A stretch of 64,000 nucleotides of DNA from an uncultured Planctomycetaceae bacterium (GCA_964536835.1 CAZIAZ010000002.1:4912-68911); one strand, 5' to 3'. Numbered from the stretch's first letter, positions 17,938 through 28,955 are shown. Program-made: numbers and translations. The notes: generated by a model from the sequence alone, not told the origin.

Positions 17938-20106
17938 TCATATTGCAGCTTCAATCCCGACGATTTCGTATTCATACACTTCGCCTTCGAAGTCCAGTTC
18001 GATTTTTTCGCCGGCAGCCAGGCCCATTAGGTTCTGAGCCAGTTTCGTCGTGTATGAATAAATCTTTTCGTCCGGATTGCTGTCCCACGGGCCCAGGAAA
18101 GTCATTTCGGTTTCAGCCGCGTTATCAAGCCGCCGTATCATAATTTTCGAGCCTATGCCGACACTATCGCGCGGCACATCGGAACGTTCGAGTACGCGGG
18201 CCATGGCGATTTCAGAGTTTATTTTCCGCACGCGCGATACAAGCATGTCGCGTTCTTCGATAGCTGCCTGCCAGTCGGCATTTTCACGAAGGTCACCCTG
18301 TTCGGCGGCAAGGCCTATCTGCTTGGCGTTCGCCGGCATGAGCACTTCCTTTATATGGTTGAGTTCTTCGCCGCGTGCGTTATAGGCGGCTTGCGTGGTC
18401 CAGATAACGTTTTCATCCAGCCACGGCGCAATTTTCTTTTTCACAAAAAGAGCAAAATGATTTTCGCGGATTTTGCCCATCATGGCTTCATACATGGTGA
18501 TGGCCAGGTTGTGCAGGCGATCTATTTTTGTACGGATGACGCTGGCCATGGCTTCGTCCATGGCATCTATGGTCTCATTGTATATTTTGAATTTGGACGC
18601 AGACAGCGCCGCGCGTATAGCCTGACGACGAGCCTTCTTTTCCTCATTCGGCGCAACGAGCCGGTGGTCGATATCGTTAAGCACTTCCAGCAGTTTTATC
18701 AGTATAGTCGAATGGGACGGCAGATTCGCAATTTCCACGCCAGGTTTGTTCCACAGCCATATTATTATCTGCGTGTGGTCGAGCGGTTCATTCAGGGCAA
18801 CATCGATAGCCCGCTCGGCGGCATCATTACGACCCATCTTTTCAAGGCGACTGACAATATCATCCAGAAGGTCTGCCGGCGAAATAAGCATAAGTCGCTC
18901 AAACTGGTCCGCGGCATCAGGCCTTTGTGCAAGTGCGTCAAAGGCATCTTTCTGCAAGGCGACGTCTTTTATCTGAACTATCATCTCCGCAGCATTTTGG
19001 GATGCCTCTATAAGTTGTTGCGTAGTCGGGCAATTTGTCGGAGCATTGGCGCCAAGCCTGACTGCGTGGTCTATCATCAGAGTAACTTCAAGTGCGTCGG
19101 CCGGACAGTTTTGCGAAAACTGTGTCGCAAGTGCAGCCAACATCGAGATTATATCGTCAACAAAATCAGACTGAACGTCCACGGAACGCTTGGCCGCTTC
19201 AGAATAATATGTTTTGATGAGGTCAAAAAATTCCTTAGGAGCGCGCGCCGCCGTACGAGCCGGTGCAAGCTCATCTTCCAGCGTAAGGGCCTGTTCATGA
19301 AGAACAACGACGGCAGGATTTTTACCTTCTATCGTCAGATTCGCCGATTTGCGTACCGCACTGCGCGCACGCGACCACCAGTTGGACCATTTGTCGTCGG
19401 ATATGATTCCGCCGGTCACAATTTCACGTAGCGTCTCGGTGTCCACCTGCCCGCCGCGGGATTTGCATATCGATACCAGCGCCTTAAGCGGATTTTCGGC
19501 AAATGTATCAGACATGCCCTGCGGATTGACCCGCTTCAGAACACGAAAATCGTCATCGCCGAGAACTTCATATTCGTCGGCAAGTTTTTTGGGATCGAGC
19601 GAACCATCTCCGTCGTCGCCGGTGTATTCGTATTCGTCCATGGCGTTGAGCCGTTCTATACGAATGACGGAGTTGTTATAGCGATTAGCCATATAACTGC
19701 CAGGCTTGACGTCAAGACATGTATCCAGCGTACGAAGGGCCCGTTGCGGACGCTGTTTGCCTTCAAGATCGGCGGCTTTCCAGAGCATGTCGAAATTTTC
19801 CCTGCCGGAATTCACCTTGCGATAAAGTTCCGAGGTGATTTTTCGAAGTTCTTCGCTGGCTGGCACTGCAAGCAGGACGGCCTTTGCGAGGCTGAGCTGT
19901 TTTTCATCCGGCGACTTCTTATGGGCGTCAAGCAGCGCCCAGCCCATTGTTTCAGCCGAGGTTGTCCGGCCAGCCTGCATGAACGCATCCAGCACAAACG
20001 ACGCGAACGTCGGCGAAACGCTGTCCACGATGGCATCCATCCACAAATCTTCGGCGGCACTGTAATCCTTGTCTGCCAGTGCCTGTTTGATTCTTTCTCT
20101 TTTCAT
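17938..20106 (-). CDS. GreA/GreB-family transcription elongation factor with a ~560-aa N-terminal extension (Chlamydia-type 'long GreA')
   Basis: The C-terminal ~160 aa aligns to full-length GreA. It has a coiled-coil part with GDLRENADWQAAIEE, then an FKBP-like domain ending in EYEIVGIE. The N-terminal 560 aa have no recognisable motif. Confidence 0.6.
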   Translation of the reverse strand: MKRERIKQALADKDYSAAEDLWMDAIVDSVSPTFASFVLDAFMQAGRTTSAETMGWALLDAHKKSPDEKQLSLAKAVLLAVPASEELRKITSELYRKVNSGRENFDMLWKAADLEGKQRPQRALRTLDTCLDVKPGSYMANRYNNSVIRIERLNAMDEYEYTGDDGDGSLDPKKLADEYEVLGDDDFRVLKRVNPQGMSDTFAENPLKALVSICKSRGGQVDTETLREIVTGGIISDDKWSNWWSRARSAVRKSANLTIEGKNPAVVVLHEQALTLEDELAPARTAARAPKEFFDLIKTYYSEAAKRSVDVQSDFVDDIISMLAALATQFSQNCPADALEVTLMIDHAVRLGANAPTNCPTTQQLIEASQNAAEMIVQIKDVALQKDAFDALAQRPDAADQFERLMLISPADLLDDIVSRLEKMGRNDAAERAIDVALNEPLDHTQIIIWLWNKPGVEIANLPSHSTILIKLLEVLNDIDHRLVAPNEEKKARRQAIRAALSASKFKIYNETIDAMDEAMASVIRTKIDRLHNLAITMYEAMMGKIRENHFALFVKKKIAPWLDENVIWTTQAAYNARGEELNHIKEVLMPANAKQIGLAAEQGDLRENADWQAAIEERDMLVSRVRKINSEIAMARVLERSDVPRDSVGIGSKIMIRRLDNAAETEMTFLGPWDSNPDEKIYSYTTKLAQNLMGLAAGEKIELDFEGEVYEYEIVGIEAAI

Positions 20107-20136
20107 TTGTAAATCTGTTCTTCCTGCTGATACTGC

Positions 20137-21594
20137 TTATGCTCCGCCAATCTGGCCTTTTGAGCCGAGATAGAAATTCTGTCCCGGCGCTATCGTGATT
20201 TCCTTGCCGAGTTTTTTCAGCTTATCGGCAAGTTCATCCGCACTGTTGGCGAATAGTGGTGAAATTTCAATCGCAGCCGCCACGAGGCCACTCGCGTCAC
20301 GAGGTATTTTGACGCCGGCTGCGTCCAGCCAGCTTGCCCAGCGCCGCACCTGATCGTGCAGGCAGGTAGCCGGCGAATCATTGCCCTCCGCATTCTTTAT
20401 GGGGCTGAACTCTTCTTCACGACGTGTTTCATATATAACCGTCTTTTCCGCCAGCGGCATGGCGTCGAAAACGAACATCTCAAGTTTGACGGCGTTCTCA
20501 TTTTCAGGCTTGACGAGTTCGCCGGCGTCGTTGACATAAGGCACTTTCTTGTCCGCGCGATGGAACGGCAGCATGCATTTGCCGCCGTCGGTGAGTTTTT
20601 CCATAAAAGCGCGGCTGAAGATGTGAATCGCAATCGAGCCGGCTGAAAATTTCAGTGTACCGTCCTGATTGCACGCCATCGCCAGCGATTGCGGCATATC
20701 GGAATATTCAATGACGCAGGTTTTGCCGTCGACTACGCAGAAGTTGCCGAGCTTTTCAAGCGGCTCGCGTTTGGGGAGCGATTTGGCTGACATTTCGGCG
20801 CCGTTCATGGCGTGCAGGCCGATGAATATCGGGTCGATAGCCCTGACGAGCGGATTGTCAACCTGGAAATAGCTGATATATTCTATGCCGCGCCTGGCCA
20901 TGTCCGCCAGTGCACCGCTGTGACGCAGCGCCGTCAGACTGCCGCCGTGGCCGTCCGGGCTGACCGCCAGACGATATTTGCGGCCAAGCAGCAGTTTGCC
21001 GTCGTAGCCTATCGCAGGCATTGTGCCCTGCTTGACAAAAATGATGTCCTTGGGATCGAACGCCCAATAATCGTTCTGGCGAAAATGCGCCTGCGTGGCG
21101 GTATCATTAGTAGGGCTGGTGAGAATGTACCACGGAATGGTTTTACCAAAACGCAAAGACGCCGAGCGAATCTGCTCGGCAAAAAGACGGAACAGCGGCT
21201 TGTTGACTACCGGCGTACATTCAAAACACCCTTTGGGGCCTTCATAGCCCAGCCGCGTACCCTGGCCGCCAGCTACCGTAAAGGCTGCAACCTTACCTTC
21301 CGAGATAAGTTTTTCGCCGAGTTTGCGGGCTTGAGCGTAAATGCCCGTAAGTGGCAGGCCGGGCTTGGGAGAGGCGGGAATGGTTTGCGGAGGCGTCATG
21401 TCACGCGGCACTTCCACGGCAGGCTTGTCAAACACGTATTCCCTGGTGAGTTTGTCCATAAAATCAAAATCTATTTCCGAAAGCTGTTCAAGCAACAACT
21501 GCTGATGATCCGGCCCGAGTTCATCGAAGAACTTCAACAAGTGCTGCTGCGAATGTTTTTCGAGTATTTCTTTTATGCTCTTGTAGTCCTTCAT
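20137..21594 (-). CDS. UDPGP-family nucleotidyltransferase (UDP-N-acetylhexosamine or UDP-sugar pyrophosphorylase-like)
   Basis: The nucleotide-binding motif AAFTVAGGQGTRLGYEGPKG is typical of the UAP1/UDPGP family. 485 aa. Confidence 0.6.
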   Translation of the reverse strand: MKDYKSIKEILEKHSQQHLLKFFDELGPDHQQLLLEQLSEIDFDFMDKLTREYVFDKPAVEVPRDMTPPQTIPASPKPGLPLTGIYAQARKLGEKLISEGKVAAFTVAGGQGTRLGYEGPKGCFECTPVVNKPLFRLFAEQIRSASLRFGKTIPWYILTSPTNDTATQAHFRQNDYWAFDPKDIIFVKQGTMPAIGYDGKLLLGRKYRLAVSPDGHGGSLTALRHSGALADMARRGIEYISYFQVDNPLVRAIDPIFIGLHAMNGAEMSAKSLPKREPLEKLGNFCVVDGKTCVIEYSDMPQSLAMACNQDGTLKFSAGSIAIHIFSRAFMEKLTDGGKCMLPFHRADKKVPYVNDAGELVKPENENAVKLEMFVFDAMPLAEKTVIYETRREEEFSPIKNAEGNDSPATCLHDQVRRWASWLDAAGVKIPRDASGLVAAAIEISPLFANSADELADKLKKLGKEITIAPGQNFYLGSKGQIGGA

Positions 21595-21805
21595 ATGTTT
21601 GTCTCCAATTTTTTAATATGTCCTTCGTAATTCTACGGTCTTTCAAAAAAAAGACCCGCAGATGAAAGCATCCGCCATCAGACGGACAGGCAATAACCTT
21701 AAAACTAAATACAACCTATGACCCGTAGTAATTCATTTATCGTGTATTATTACGACCTGTCGTATTTTATGTAAACCGAAAATACAAATCCGTAAAATTT
21801 TGTTA

Positions 21806-22894
21806 TCAGACAATCGATATCATCTTTTCAAGCGCCTTTCGGGCGTTGACTGCTTCCTCATACGGCACTTCAATAATGCCGGCAGATTTTTTTTGGCCAA
21901 GTATGGCTTCCAGGCAGTTTTTCAGCGAAACAAGGTCCGTCTTGCCCATCTGCTCGCAGAAAGATTTTTGCGGATTGAGGTTCAACACCGTCTTGTCAGG
22001 ATTATTTTTTGCCAGCCGGCCCACAAACGTCGACTCCGTACCCACGGCCCAACATGAACCTGCCGGCGAACCGTTTATAGCCGACATCATCATTTCAGTA
22101 CTGCCAGCCATATCCGCCAGTTCCACCACTTCATGCGGACATTCAGGATGCACCACCACCTTAACGTCCGGATGCTCCTTGCGAACGGCTGAAATATGTT
22201 TGGGCGTAAACTTCTGGTGAACGTAACAATAGCCTGGCCAAAGTATGAATTTTGAACGTCTGAAAGTACTGGCATCAATACCGCCTTCCGGCATTTCGTG
22301 GTCAAACATGCAGATGTCGTCTTCCGTAAAACCCAGCTGGAATGCCGTGTTGCGAATAAGGTGCTGGTCAGGCAGGGCAATGATTTTGCCTGATTCGCCA
22401 GCCTGTTCCATAGCCCATCTGACGACTTGTCCGGCATTTGAACTCGTGCAGCATGAACCGCCGTATTGTCCGGTAACAGCTTTTACGGCAGCCGTCGAAT
22501 TGACGTATGTTACCGGTATCACGCGATGTTTGCCGTTATCCAATTTTTGCAGAATTTCGATTGCGGCAGCCATGTCGTCCGCAGTGGCCATGTCAGCCAT
22601 ATCGCAGCCGGCTGAAGTTTTGGGCATGACGACGGTCTGATTTTCACCGGCGAGAATCTCCGCCGACTCAGCCATGAAATGCACGCCGCAAAATACTATG
22701 TATTGCGAGTTCTGTCCGGCGGCTATCTGCGAAAGTTTAAGGCTGTCGCCGACAAAATCAGCCTGAGCCACGATTTCATCTTTCTGATAGTGATGAGCCA
22801 ATATGCACACCCGCTGCCCAAGCTCACGCCGCAGGTCGCTGATGCGGGCGGAAAGTTCGCCGGCAGACGGCTTGTCATGCACTGCTTTATTCAT
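21806..22894 (-). CDS. nadA: quinolinate synthase A
   Basis: The N-terminal CILAHHYQKDEIVAQADFVGDSLKLSQ segment is present, with conserved Cys residues distributed over three repeats. Confidence 0.8.
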   Translation of the reverse strand: MNKAVHDKPSAGELSARISDLRRELGQRVCILAHHYQKDEIVAQADFVGDSLKLSQIAAGQNSQYIVFCGVHFMAESAEILAGENQTVVMPKTSAGCDMADMATADDMAAAIEILQKLDNGKHRVIPVTYVNSTAAVKAVTGQYGGSCCTSSNAGQVVRWAMEQAGESGKIIALPDQHLIRNTAFQLGFTEDDICMFDHEMPEGGIDASTFRRSKFILWPGYCYVHQKFTPKHISAVRKEHPDVKVVVHPECPHEVVELADMAGSTEMMMSAINGSPAGSCWAVGTESTFVGRLAKNNPDKTVLNLNPQKSFCEQMGKTDLVSLKNCLEAILGQKKSAGIIEVPYEEAVNARKALEKMISIV

Positions 22895-24060
22895 GCGTCT
22901 TTACATCCTTCTGATTTGCCTGCAACGACATCATTCGCAGAATCCTTGCGGAGATACAAAGTCTGGGTCGGGAATGCAAATGAAATTCCTTCTTTGCAGA
23001 ACCGTTCGAACAATTCCATATTGAAGTCGCTGCTGAAACTCAGATAATCAAACCATTGGGCCGGAGTGTACCAGTACGTCACGCCGATTTCCAGGCTCGC
23101 CGAGGCCAGCGACATAAAATATACCTTTCCAGGTTTGTTTTCCGGAAAATCCTTTTGTCGCGATTTGAGCATTTCTTCAATAATCCCTATGGCGCGGCTG
23201 AGCTGCGCCGGCGAGGATGAATATTCGATGCCGACGGTAAAATCGCGGCGGATATAAGGCCTTATGGAAATGTTTTCCACGGCATCATTGGTCATGTTCT
23301 GATTTGGAATCGACACGTAATGCCCGTCGAGCATGCGTACCCGCGTCGAACGGAATCCTATCTCATCGACTGTTCCCTCGTAGTTGCCTATTTTAATATG
23401 GTCGCCGGGCCTGAATGGTTTGTCAAAAAGTATGGTTATCGACCCGAAAAAATTAGCCAGCATGTCTTTTGCCGCAAGAGCGAACGCCAAGCCGCCTATT
23501 CCCATGCCAGCCAGAATCGTCCCTATGTCGCCGCCGAAAACTTTTGACGTAACATACAAAGCGCCGACGATAACCACAAAAATCCGCATGGACTTGCGGA
23601 TAATCGGAATGAGCTGGACATCCAGAAGTGAACCGGCCTTGTGCGAAACCTTCAGCATCATGTGCTCGAGCACATCCACCAGCCGGAAAAAAAACCATAT
23701 AACGGATATCGCCAGCAAAAACAGAACCGAACGCTTGTATATCAGATCCACATCCTGTGCCATCCATATGAATGCGTCGCCTATTTTGAGGCCGAAACCG
23801 AATGAAAACAGCATTATCGGCTTGCTCATGGATTCGAAAAGTATGGCTAAGGTCGTGAAATGCTTTTTGCACCTGAAATGACGAGCCTGCTTTTCGAAAA
23901 ATACGGACAGAATTTTCCCGGCCAGCATAAAAATGAATATGGTAAGGAACAGCAATATCCATTCAAAGCATTTATTGCTCAAAAATTCCTGGTTTACGAA
24001 ATCCATAGTATTTTTCCAAATCGCCGTCCAGTCCATTGCATCTCCAGTCTGAATTTTCAA
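22891..24060 (-). CDS. MscS-family mechanosensitive ion channel
   Basis: Three or four N-terminal transmembrane helices (TMs) are followed by an MscS beta-domain (FRPGDHIKIGNYEGTVDEIGFRSTRVRMLDGHYVSIPN). A 4-bp overlap with nadA. Confidence 0.75.
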   Translation of the reverse strand: MKIQTGDAMDWTAIWKNTMDFVNQEFLSNKCFEWILLFLTIFIFMLAGKILSVFFEKQARHFRCKKHFTTLAILFESMSKPIMLFSFGFGLKIGDAFIWMAQDVDLIYKRSVLFLLAISVIWFFFRLVDVLEHMMLKVSHKAGSLLDVQLIPIIRKSMRIFVVIVGALYVTSKVFGGDIGTILAGMGIGGLAFALAAKDMLANFFGSITILFDKPFRPGDHIKIGNYEGTVDEIGFRSTRVRMLDGHYVSIPNQNMTNDAVENISIRPYIRRDFTVGIEYSSSPAQLSRAIGIIEEMLKSRQKDFPENKPGKVYFMSLASASLEIGVTYWYTPAQWFDYLSFSSDFNMELFERFCKEGISFAFPTQTLYLRKDSANDVVAGKSEGCKDA

Positions 24061-24342
24061 CCGCTTACAGATTGCCCGGCATAATTGTTAAACGGTTTTA
24101 TATTTTATTCCTTTTTCCTGTCAATTTCCATTCTATTTGAACGCCATAACCCATTAAACTAGCCGCCCGGTCCGTTTCTTTTATATATGATATAAAAAGA
24201 GTTACGACATATCTTCCGACAGCCGGCATCTTACGAAATCAGCAAATAATGGAAGTTGTTGCCATTTTTCTGCGGAATACCCCGCCGCCAAGCCGATAAA
24301 TTCAAATATAATACCCATTTTATGCGTACGGGAGTTTTAAAA

Positions 24343-26271
24343 ATGTCAGTAAAGCGAAAACAATTTCCTGTCGAGTTGAAAGACGTTGAAATAACCGGCG
24401 GCCTCATAGGCCAGCGGGCTGAAAAAAATGCCAAAATCAGCATTGCCGACCAATATCGCAAATGTCTTAAGACTGGCAGAATCGATGCCATCCGGCTCAA
24501 GTGGAAGGCTGGCCAGCCCGACAAGCCGCACCAATTCTGGGACTCCGACGTAGCCAAATGGGTCGAAGCGGCAGCTTACACGCTCATGAAGCATAAAAAC
24601 TCGAAATTGGCCGCGCAGCTTGAGGACGTTGTTACGCTGTTCATCCAGTCGCAACAGCCTGAGGGGTATATCAACTCGTACATTATGGCCGTCGAACCCG
24701 AATATCGATGGAAAAATCTGCAGAATGGTCATGAACTCTACACCGCCGGCCATATCATCGAAGCCGCCGTCGCATATTATCAATATTGCGGTAATGACCG
24801 ATTCCTGAAGGCGGCCTGCAGATTCGGCGATTACATCGCCAAAATTTTCGGGCCAGGAAAAGACCAGATAAAGGGCTATCCCGGCCATCAGGAAATAGAA
24901 CTCGCACTGGTAAAACTGTATCGGACCACAAAAAACCCCAAATATCTTGAGCTTGCAAAATTTTTCCTCGACCGCCGCGGCACTCAGCCGTCCTATTTCA
25001 AGCAGGAAGCCGCCAACCTCGCGCCAAATCAAATCAATCCGATTACGTCGCAGCATAATTATCTGCACGTCCAGGCACATAAGCCCGTGCGGGAACAGCA
25101 TACTGCCGTCGGACACGCCGTGCGGGCCTGTTACATGTACGGCGCAATGGCTGACGTAGCCGCGGAAACCGGCGATTCATCTCTTTTTTCAGCCTGCCGG
25201 CGGCTTTTCAAAAACATTTCTGAAAATCGCATGTATATAACCGGCGGAATAGGTTCTTCGCAATACAGCGAGGCTTTTACATGCAATTACAATCTGCCGA
25301 ACATGAACGGTTATGCAGAAACATGTGCCGCCGTCGCCTTGGTATTTTTTGCGCACAGAATGCTGCAGATAGACCCCGACAGCAAATACGCCGACGTTAT
25401 GGAACGCGCACTATATAATAACGTGCTGGCTGGCGTGAGTCTGGCCGGCAATACATATTTTTACGCCAATCTTTTAAAAGTCGTGCCGGCGGCTGTTGAT
25501 TTCCCCAATCACGGCAGCATTCACTCAAAACGACAGAATTGGATGGACTGCGCATGCTGTCCGAGCAATTATTCGAGGTTGATTTCATCGCTCGGCGGCT
25601 ACATATATACGTCAGCCCGGCAGGGCCCGCTTTACATACATCTTTATACGCCGTCGAAGGTCGAATTGAAAATCGGCAGAACTCCTGTCAGGCTGGAGCA
25701 GCAGACGGATTATCCCTGGGACGGCAAGATAATCATTTCCGTCACGCCGGCTGAACCGGTGACGTTTTCTCTCATGCTCCGCGTGCCGCAGTGGTGCGAA
25801 AACTGGCGGCTGAAGGTTAACGGCATCGAACAGACAAACGTCGCCGTCAAAAAAGGTTACATTCTGTTGCGACGGCAGTGGCTTGCCGGCGATGCCGTTG
25901 AACTTACGCTGGAAATGCCGGTACAGCGAATAGTATCTCATCCAGATGTGGACGAGAACGTCGGCAAAATTGCCCTGCAACGCGGCCCGCTGGTGTATTG
26001 CCTGGAAGAATGCGACAATCCCGCAAACGTCCACGCCATCTCATTGCCGACAAACGCGGAATTCAAAACCCGTTTCGACAAAGCACTTTTGGGCGGCTGC
26101 GTGGTTATAGAAACATCGGGATTCGCGCCAGACAAGGCTGGCTGGAGCGGCAGGTTGTATCAGCCGGCGGCAATAGAATCGCAACATCCTATAAAAGTCA
26201 AGGCGGTCCCATATTTCCTGTGGTGCAACAGAAAACCTGGCAATATGACGGTCTGGATAAACGAGGCTTGA
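24343..26271 (+). CDS. glycoside hydrolase family 127 / DUF1680 protein (beta-L-arabinofuranosidase-like)
   Basis: About 640 aa. The Cys cluster DCACCPSNYSRL and overall length fit HypBA1-type GH127. The start is set to MSVKRKQF. The table ORF begins at 24256. Confidence 0.5.
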   Translation: MSVKRKQFPVELKDVEITGGLIGQRAEKNAKISIADQYRKCLKTGRIDAIRLKWKAGQPDKPHQFWDSDVAKWVEAAAYTLMKHKNSKLAAQLEDVVTLFIQSQQPEGYINSYIMAVEPEYRWKNLQNGHELYTAGHIIEAAVAYYQYCGNDRFLKAACRFGDYIAKIFGPGKDQIKGYPGHQEIELALVKLYRTTKNPKYLELAKFFLDRRGTQPSYFKQEAANLAPNQINPITSQHNYLHVQAHKPVREQHTAVGHAVRACYMYGAMADVAAETGDSSLFSACRRLFKNISENRMYITGGIGSSQYSEAFTCNYNLPNMNGYAETCAAVALVFFAHRMLQIDPDSKYADVMERALYNNVLAGVSLAGNTYFYANLLKVVPAAVDFPNHGSIHSKRQNWMDCACCPSNYSRLISSLGGYIYTSARQGPLYIHLYTPSKVELKIGRTPVRLEQQTDYPWDGKIIISVTPAEPVTFSLMLRVPQWCENWRLKVNGIEQTNVAVKKGYILLRRQWLAGDAVELTLEMPVQRIVSHPDVDENVGKIALQRGPLVYCLEECDNPANVHAISLPTNAEFKTRFDKALLGGCVVIETSGFAPDKAGWSGRLYQPAAIESQHPIKVKAVPYFLWCNRKPGNMTVWINEA

Positions 26272-26490
26272 CGCCGGCGAAACCGACCGACCTGGTCTGG
26301 AGCATGTTAAAATTGATATGCGCCATTTCTGCTTTGAAAAATACAAAAAGCATCGCTTTTCGGCATTATTCCCTGTTTTTCACAAGCAACGGTCTTTTCC
26401 GGTTTTTTTATCGCCGCAGCGGTATATAATTTATCTGTGAATGCGCAATATCGTATAGCTGAAATTTTGCTGAATTTTTTTTGAATAACC

Positions 26491-28203
26491 ATGGAATTCA
26501 AACACGCAAATAAAGTTTTCATATCACTGTTCGTAATGGCGATAAGCTTTTCGACGAACGCCTTCGCCGCGCGGGAGATAAGGTGCGGCCTTCCGTATAT
26601 TCCGCCGCTCATGTATCGTAATCAGGAAGGCAAACCCGCGGGCCTCTGTATAGATCTTCTGACATATCTGGCCAAACAGCACGATTGGAAACTCGTTTTT
26701 GTGGACGGCACGTGGGATAACTGTCTTCTGTGGCTAAAGGAAGGGAAAATCGACATCCTGCCAAGCGCGATACGGATTCCTGAACGTGACCATGATTATG
26801 ATTTTTCGAGCGAACCTATCGTCAGGATATGGAACGTCCTGATAGTGCCGGCTGATTCCAAAATCAAAAACGTCATGCAGCTGGAAAATCAGAAAATTGC
26901 AGTATTAGCCGGCGATGTCAATGTGCGCAATTTCGTTAAGTTGACCGATTCATATTCTGTCACGTGGCAGCCGGTGCCGGTGGAAAGTTATGCTGAAGTC
27001 AAGGCTATGGTCGCCAATCACGCAGTTGCCGGCGGGCTTATGAACCGCTTTTCCGCATGGACCATCGACAATCCCAACATAAAACATACGGACATCACGT
27101 CCATTCCGGTCGCTACGTATTTCATGACGTCAAAGGGAAAAAACGGCGATATTCTAAAGGCTATCGACAGGGGCATGATTTCGTTGACAAACGATCCGCA
27201 ATCTTATTACTACCTGCTGCTCGACAAATATCTCGATGAGAACTCCAAACTGCATTTTGAAGAATCGTTTTTCGAAAAATACAAAGGCCCCATTATTTGG
27301 GCGTTGGGAATCGTCAGCGGTTTTCTGGTGGTTATAATGATATTTTTGGCTGCACTGAAGGCTGAAGTAAATCGACAAAGCCATCTTCTGATGCAGTCGG
27401 AAGACGCCCTCAAGCAGGCACACGAAAAGGAACTGCTCATAGGCTCAAAAATACAAAAAACCATTCTTACGAATCTGCCGCCAGCCGACATGAAAGGCCT
27501 TGAAATAGCACAGATGCTCATTGCGGCCAAACATGTCGGCGGAGATTTTACCGATTATTACATGCACAACAGCCATACGGTTGACGTGGTCATCGCCGAC
27601 GTCATGGGAAAAGGCGTGCCAGGCGCACTGCTCGGCGCAGCCGTCAAACACGCACTCTATAAAACCGTCCATCAAACTCTACCGTCGCCAAAAAATCCAC
27701 CGTCAGTAGCCGATATTATAAATCAGACAAACCGTAATATAGTCCACGAACTCATTTCACTTGAACAGTTCGTAACGCTGCTTTACCTGCGAATAAACAC
27801 GGCTGACATGAAAATGGAGATGGTCGACTGCGGCCATTCGCTGGCACTGTGGTATCAGGCGTCTACCGACAAACTGCAAAAACTTCACAGCACAAATATG
27901 CCCATAGGTTTTGTCGACAGGGAAAAATTCACACAATCTACTTACGACATCTCTGCCGGCGATATTATAGTGCTGTATACGGACGGCATTCCCGACACAA
28001 CCAACACTGCCGGCAAAATTTACGGCCAATCGCGTATCGAGCAGGTTTTTATGGAATATCGCAACGAATCGGCGGAGATGATACTTCATGCCATACAGAA
28101 CGATTTGCAGGCATTCATGGGCATTCAGCCGCAAAAGGACGATTTCTCCTGCGTCGTCATCAAAATTCTTCCGCAAAATAAGAATAACACTCAGCCGGCG
28201 TAA
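26491..28203 (+). CDS. sensor PP2C (SpoIIE-type) serine phosphatase with a periplasmic SBP_bac_3-like ligand-binding domain and one TM
   Basis: Signal peptide, then a periplasmic binding-protein-like domain (CGLPYIPPLMYRNQEGKPAGLCIDLL). A TM lies around aa 265-285. The C-terminal PP2C motifs are VGGDFTDYY and ILYTDGIPD. Confidence 0.65.
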   Translation: MEFKHANKVFISLFVMAISFSTNAFAAREIRCGLPYIPPLMYRNQEGKPAGLCIDLLTYLAKQHDWKLVFVDGTWDNCLLWLKEGKIDILPSAIRIPERDHDYDFSSEPIVRIWNVLIVPADSKIKNVMQLENQKIAVLAGDVNVRNFVKLTDSYSVTWQPVPVESYAEVKAMVANHAVAGGLMNRFSAWTIDNPNIKHTDITSIPVATYFMTSKGKNGDILKAIDRGMISLTNDPQSYYYLLLDKYLDENSKLHFEESFFEKYKGPIIWALGIVSGFLVVIMIFLAALKAEVNRQSHLLMQSEDALKQAHEKELLIGSKIQKTILTNLPPADMKGLEIAQMLIAAKHVGGDFTDYYMHNSHTVDVVIADVMGKGVPGALLGAAVKHALYKTVHQTLPSPKNPPSVADIINQTNRNIVHELISLEQFVTLLYLRINTADMKMEMVDCGHSLALWYQASTDKLQKLHSTNMPIGFVDREKFTQSTYDISAGDIIVLYTDGIPDTTNTAGKIYGQSRIEQVFMEYRNESAEMILHAIQNDLQAFMGIQPQKDDFSCVVIKILPQNKNNTQPA

Positions 28204-28955
28204 TTGTGAAGGCCGACAAAGCTGCCGGAAAGATTCACCCATACCAGCGTAAGAATGACGCACGCAAATCCCGCGAGGGATATGACTATAGCCGTTTTCT
28301 GTTTAGCCGGCATTGCAATCCTGAAATGCAGGTATGCAAAATAAACGCACCAGCAGGCAAGCGACCAGAGTTCCTTCGGGTCCCAGTTCCACCAGTCGCC
28401 CCATGCGCGTTTGCCCCAAACCGCGCCCAGCAGCAGGCCAGCCGTCATGAACGGCATTGCAAGTACGACGATTTTATCAACCGCTTCGGCGGCAGCTATG
28501 CCGCGCAACACTTTTGACGAAATGACCGCAGCCTTGAAAAGCAGCACATAGGCAAGCATATAACACAATACGTGCGGAGCGAAAAGATTGCTTCGTAATA
28601 TCGGCGCTATCGGTTTCGCCTCAGGGCTGAATGCAAAGGCAAGCGGACAGAGTAAAAGCAGTTGTACGATTGCGTCGGCAAAAATGGTTGTCTGGCCGGT
28701 GAGTTTTCGGCACAAATCACCGGCTGGAATATATAGCGCAGCAAGAATCAGAAATACGTCAAACATGTCTCGCAGCGGCAGGCCGTTCTCGATGAACGCG
28801 CGGCAGACCACGTCGACCATAAGCACGACGCTTGCCGCCCATAATGCCGACGAAGCGCGGGACGATTTTGCCGCCAGACATATCAACGACACTACAGCAA
28901 AAACGGCAGCCAGACAGATAAACATGTATGTGGCCATGAAATACCCCAGATTCAT
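28191..28955 (-). CDS. ccsA: cytochrome c-type biogenesis protein CcsA/ResC-like (system II heme-handling protein)
   Basis: Trp-rich WWD motif WGKRAWGDWWNWDPKELW. Polytopic membrane protein, 254 aa. Confidence 0.6.
   Translation of the reverse strand: MNLGYFMATYMFICLAAVFAVVSLICLAAKSSRASSALWAASVVLMVDVVCRAFIENGLPLRDMFDVFLILAALYIPAGDLCRKLTGQTTIFADAIVQLLLLCPLAFAFSPEAKPIAPILRSNLFAPHVLCYMLAYVLLFKAAVISSKVLRGIAAAEAVDKIVVLAMPFMTAGLLLGAVWGKRAWGDWWNWDPKELWSLACWCVYFAYLHFRIAMPAKQKTAIVISLAGFACVILTLVWVNLSGSFVGLHNYAG

Noticed and set aside
18355-19431. 358-aa plus-strand ORF
   Set aside because: It is antisense to the long GreA-like gene, which has clear C-terminal GreA homology.
20812-21630. 272-aa plus-strand ORF
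   Set aside because: It is antisense to the UDPGP-family gene.
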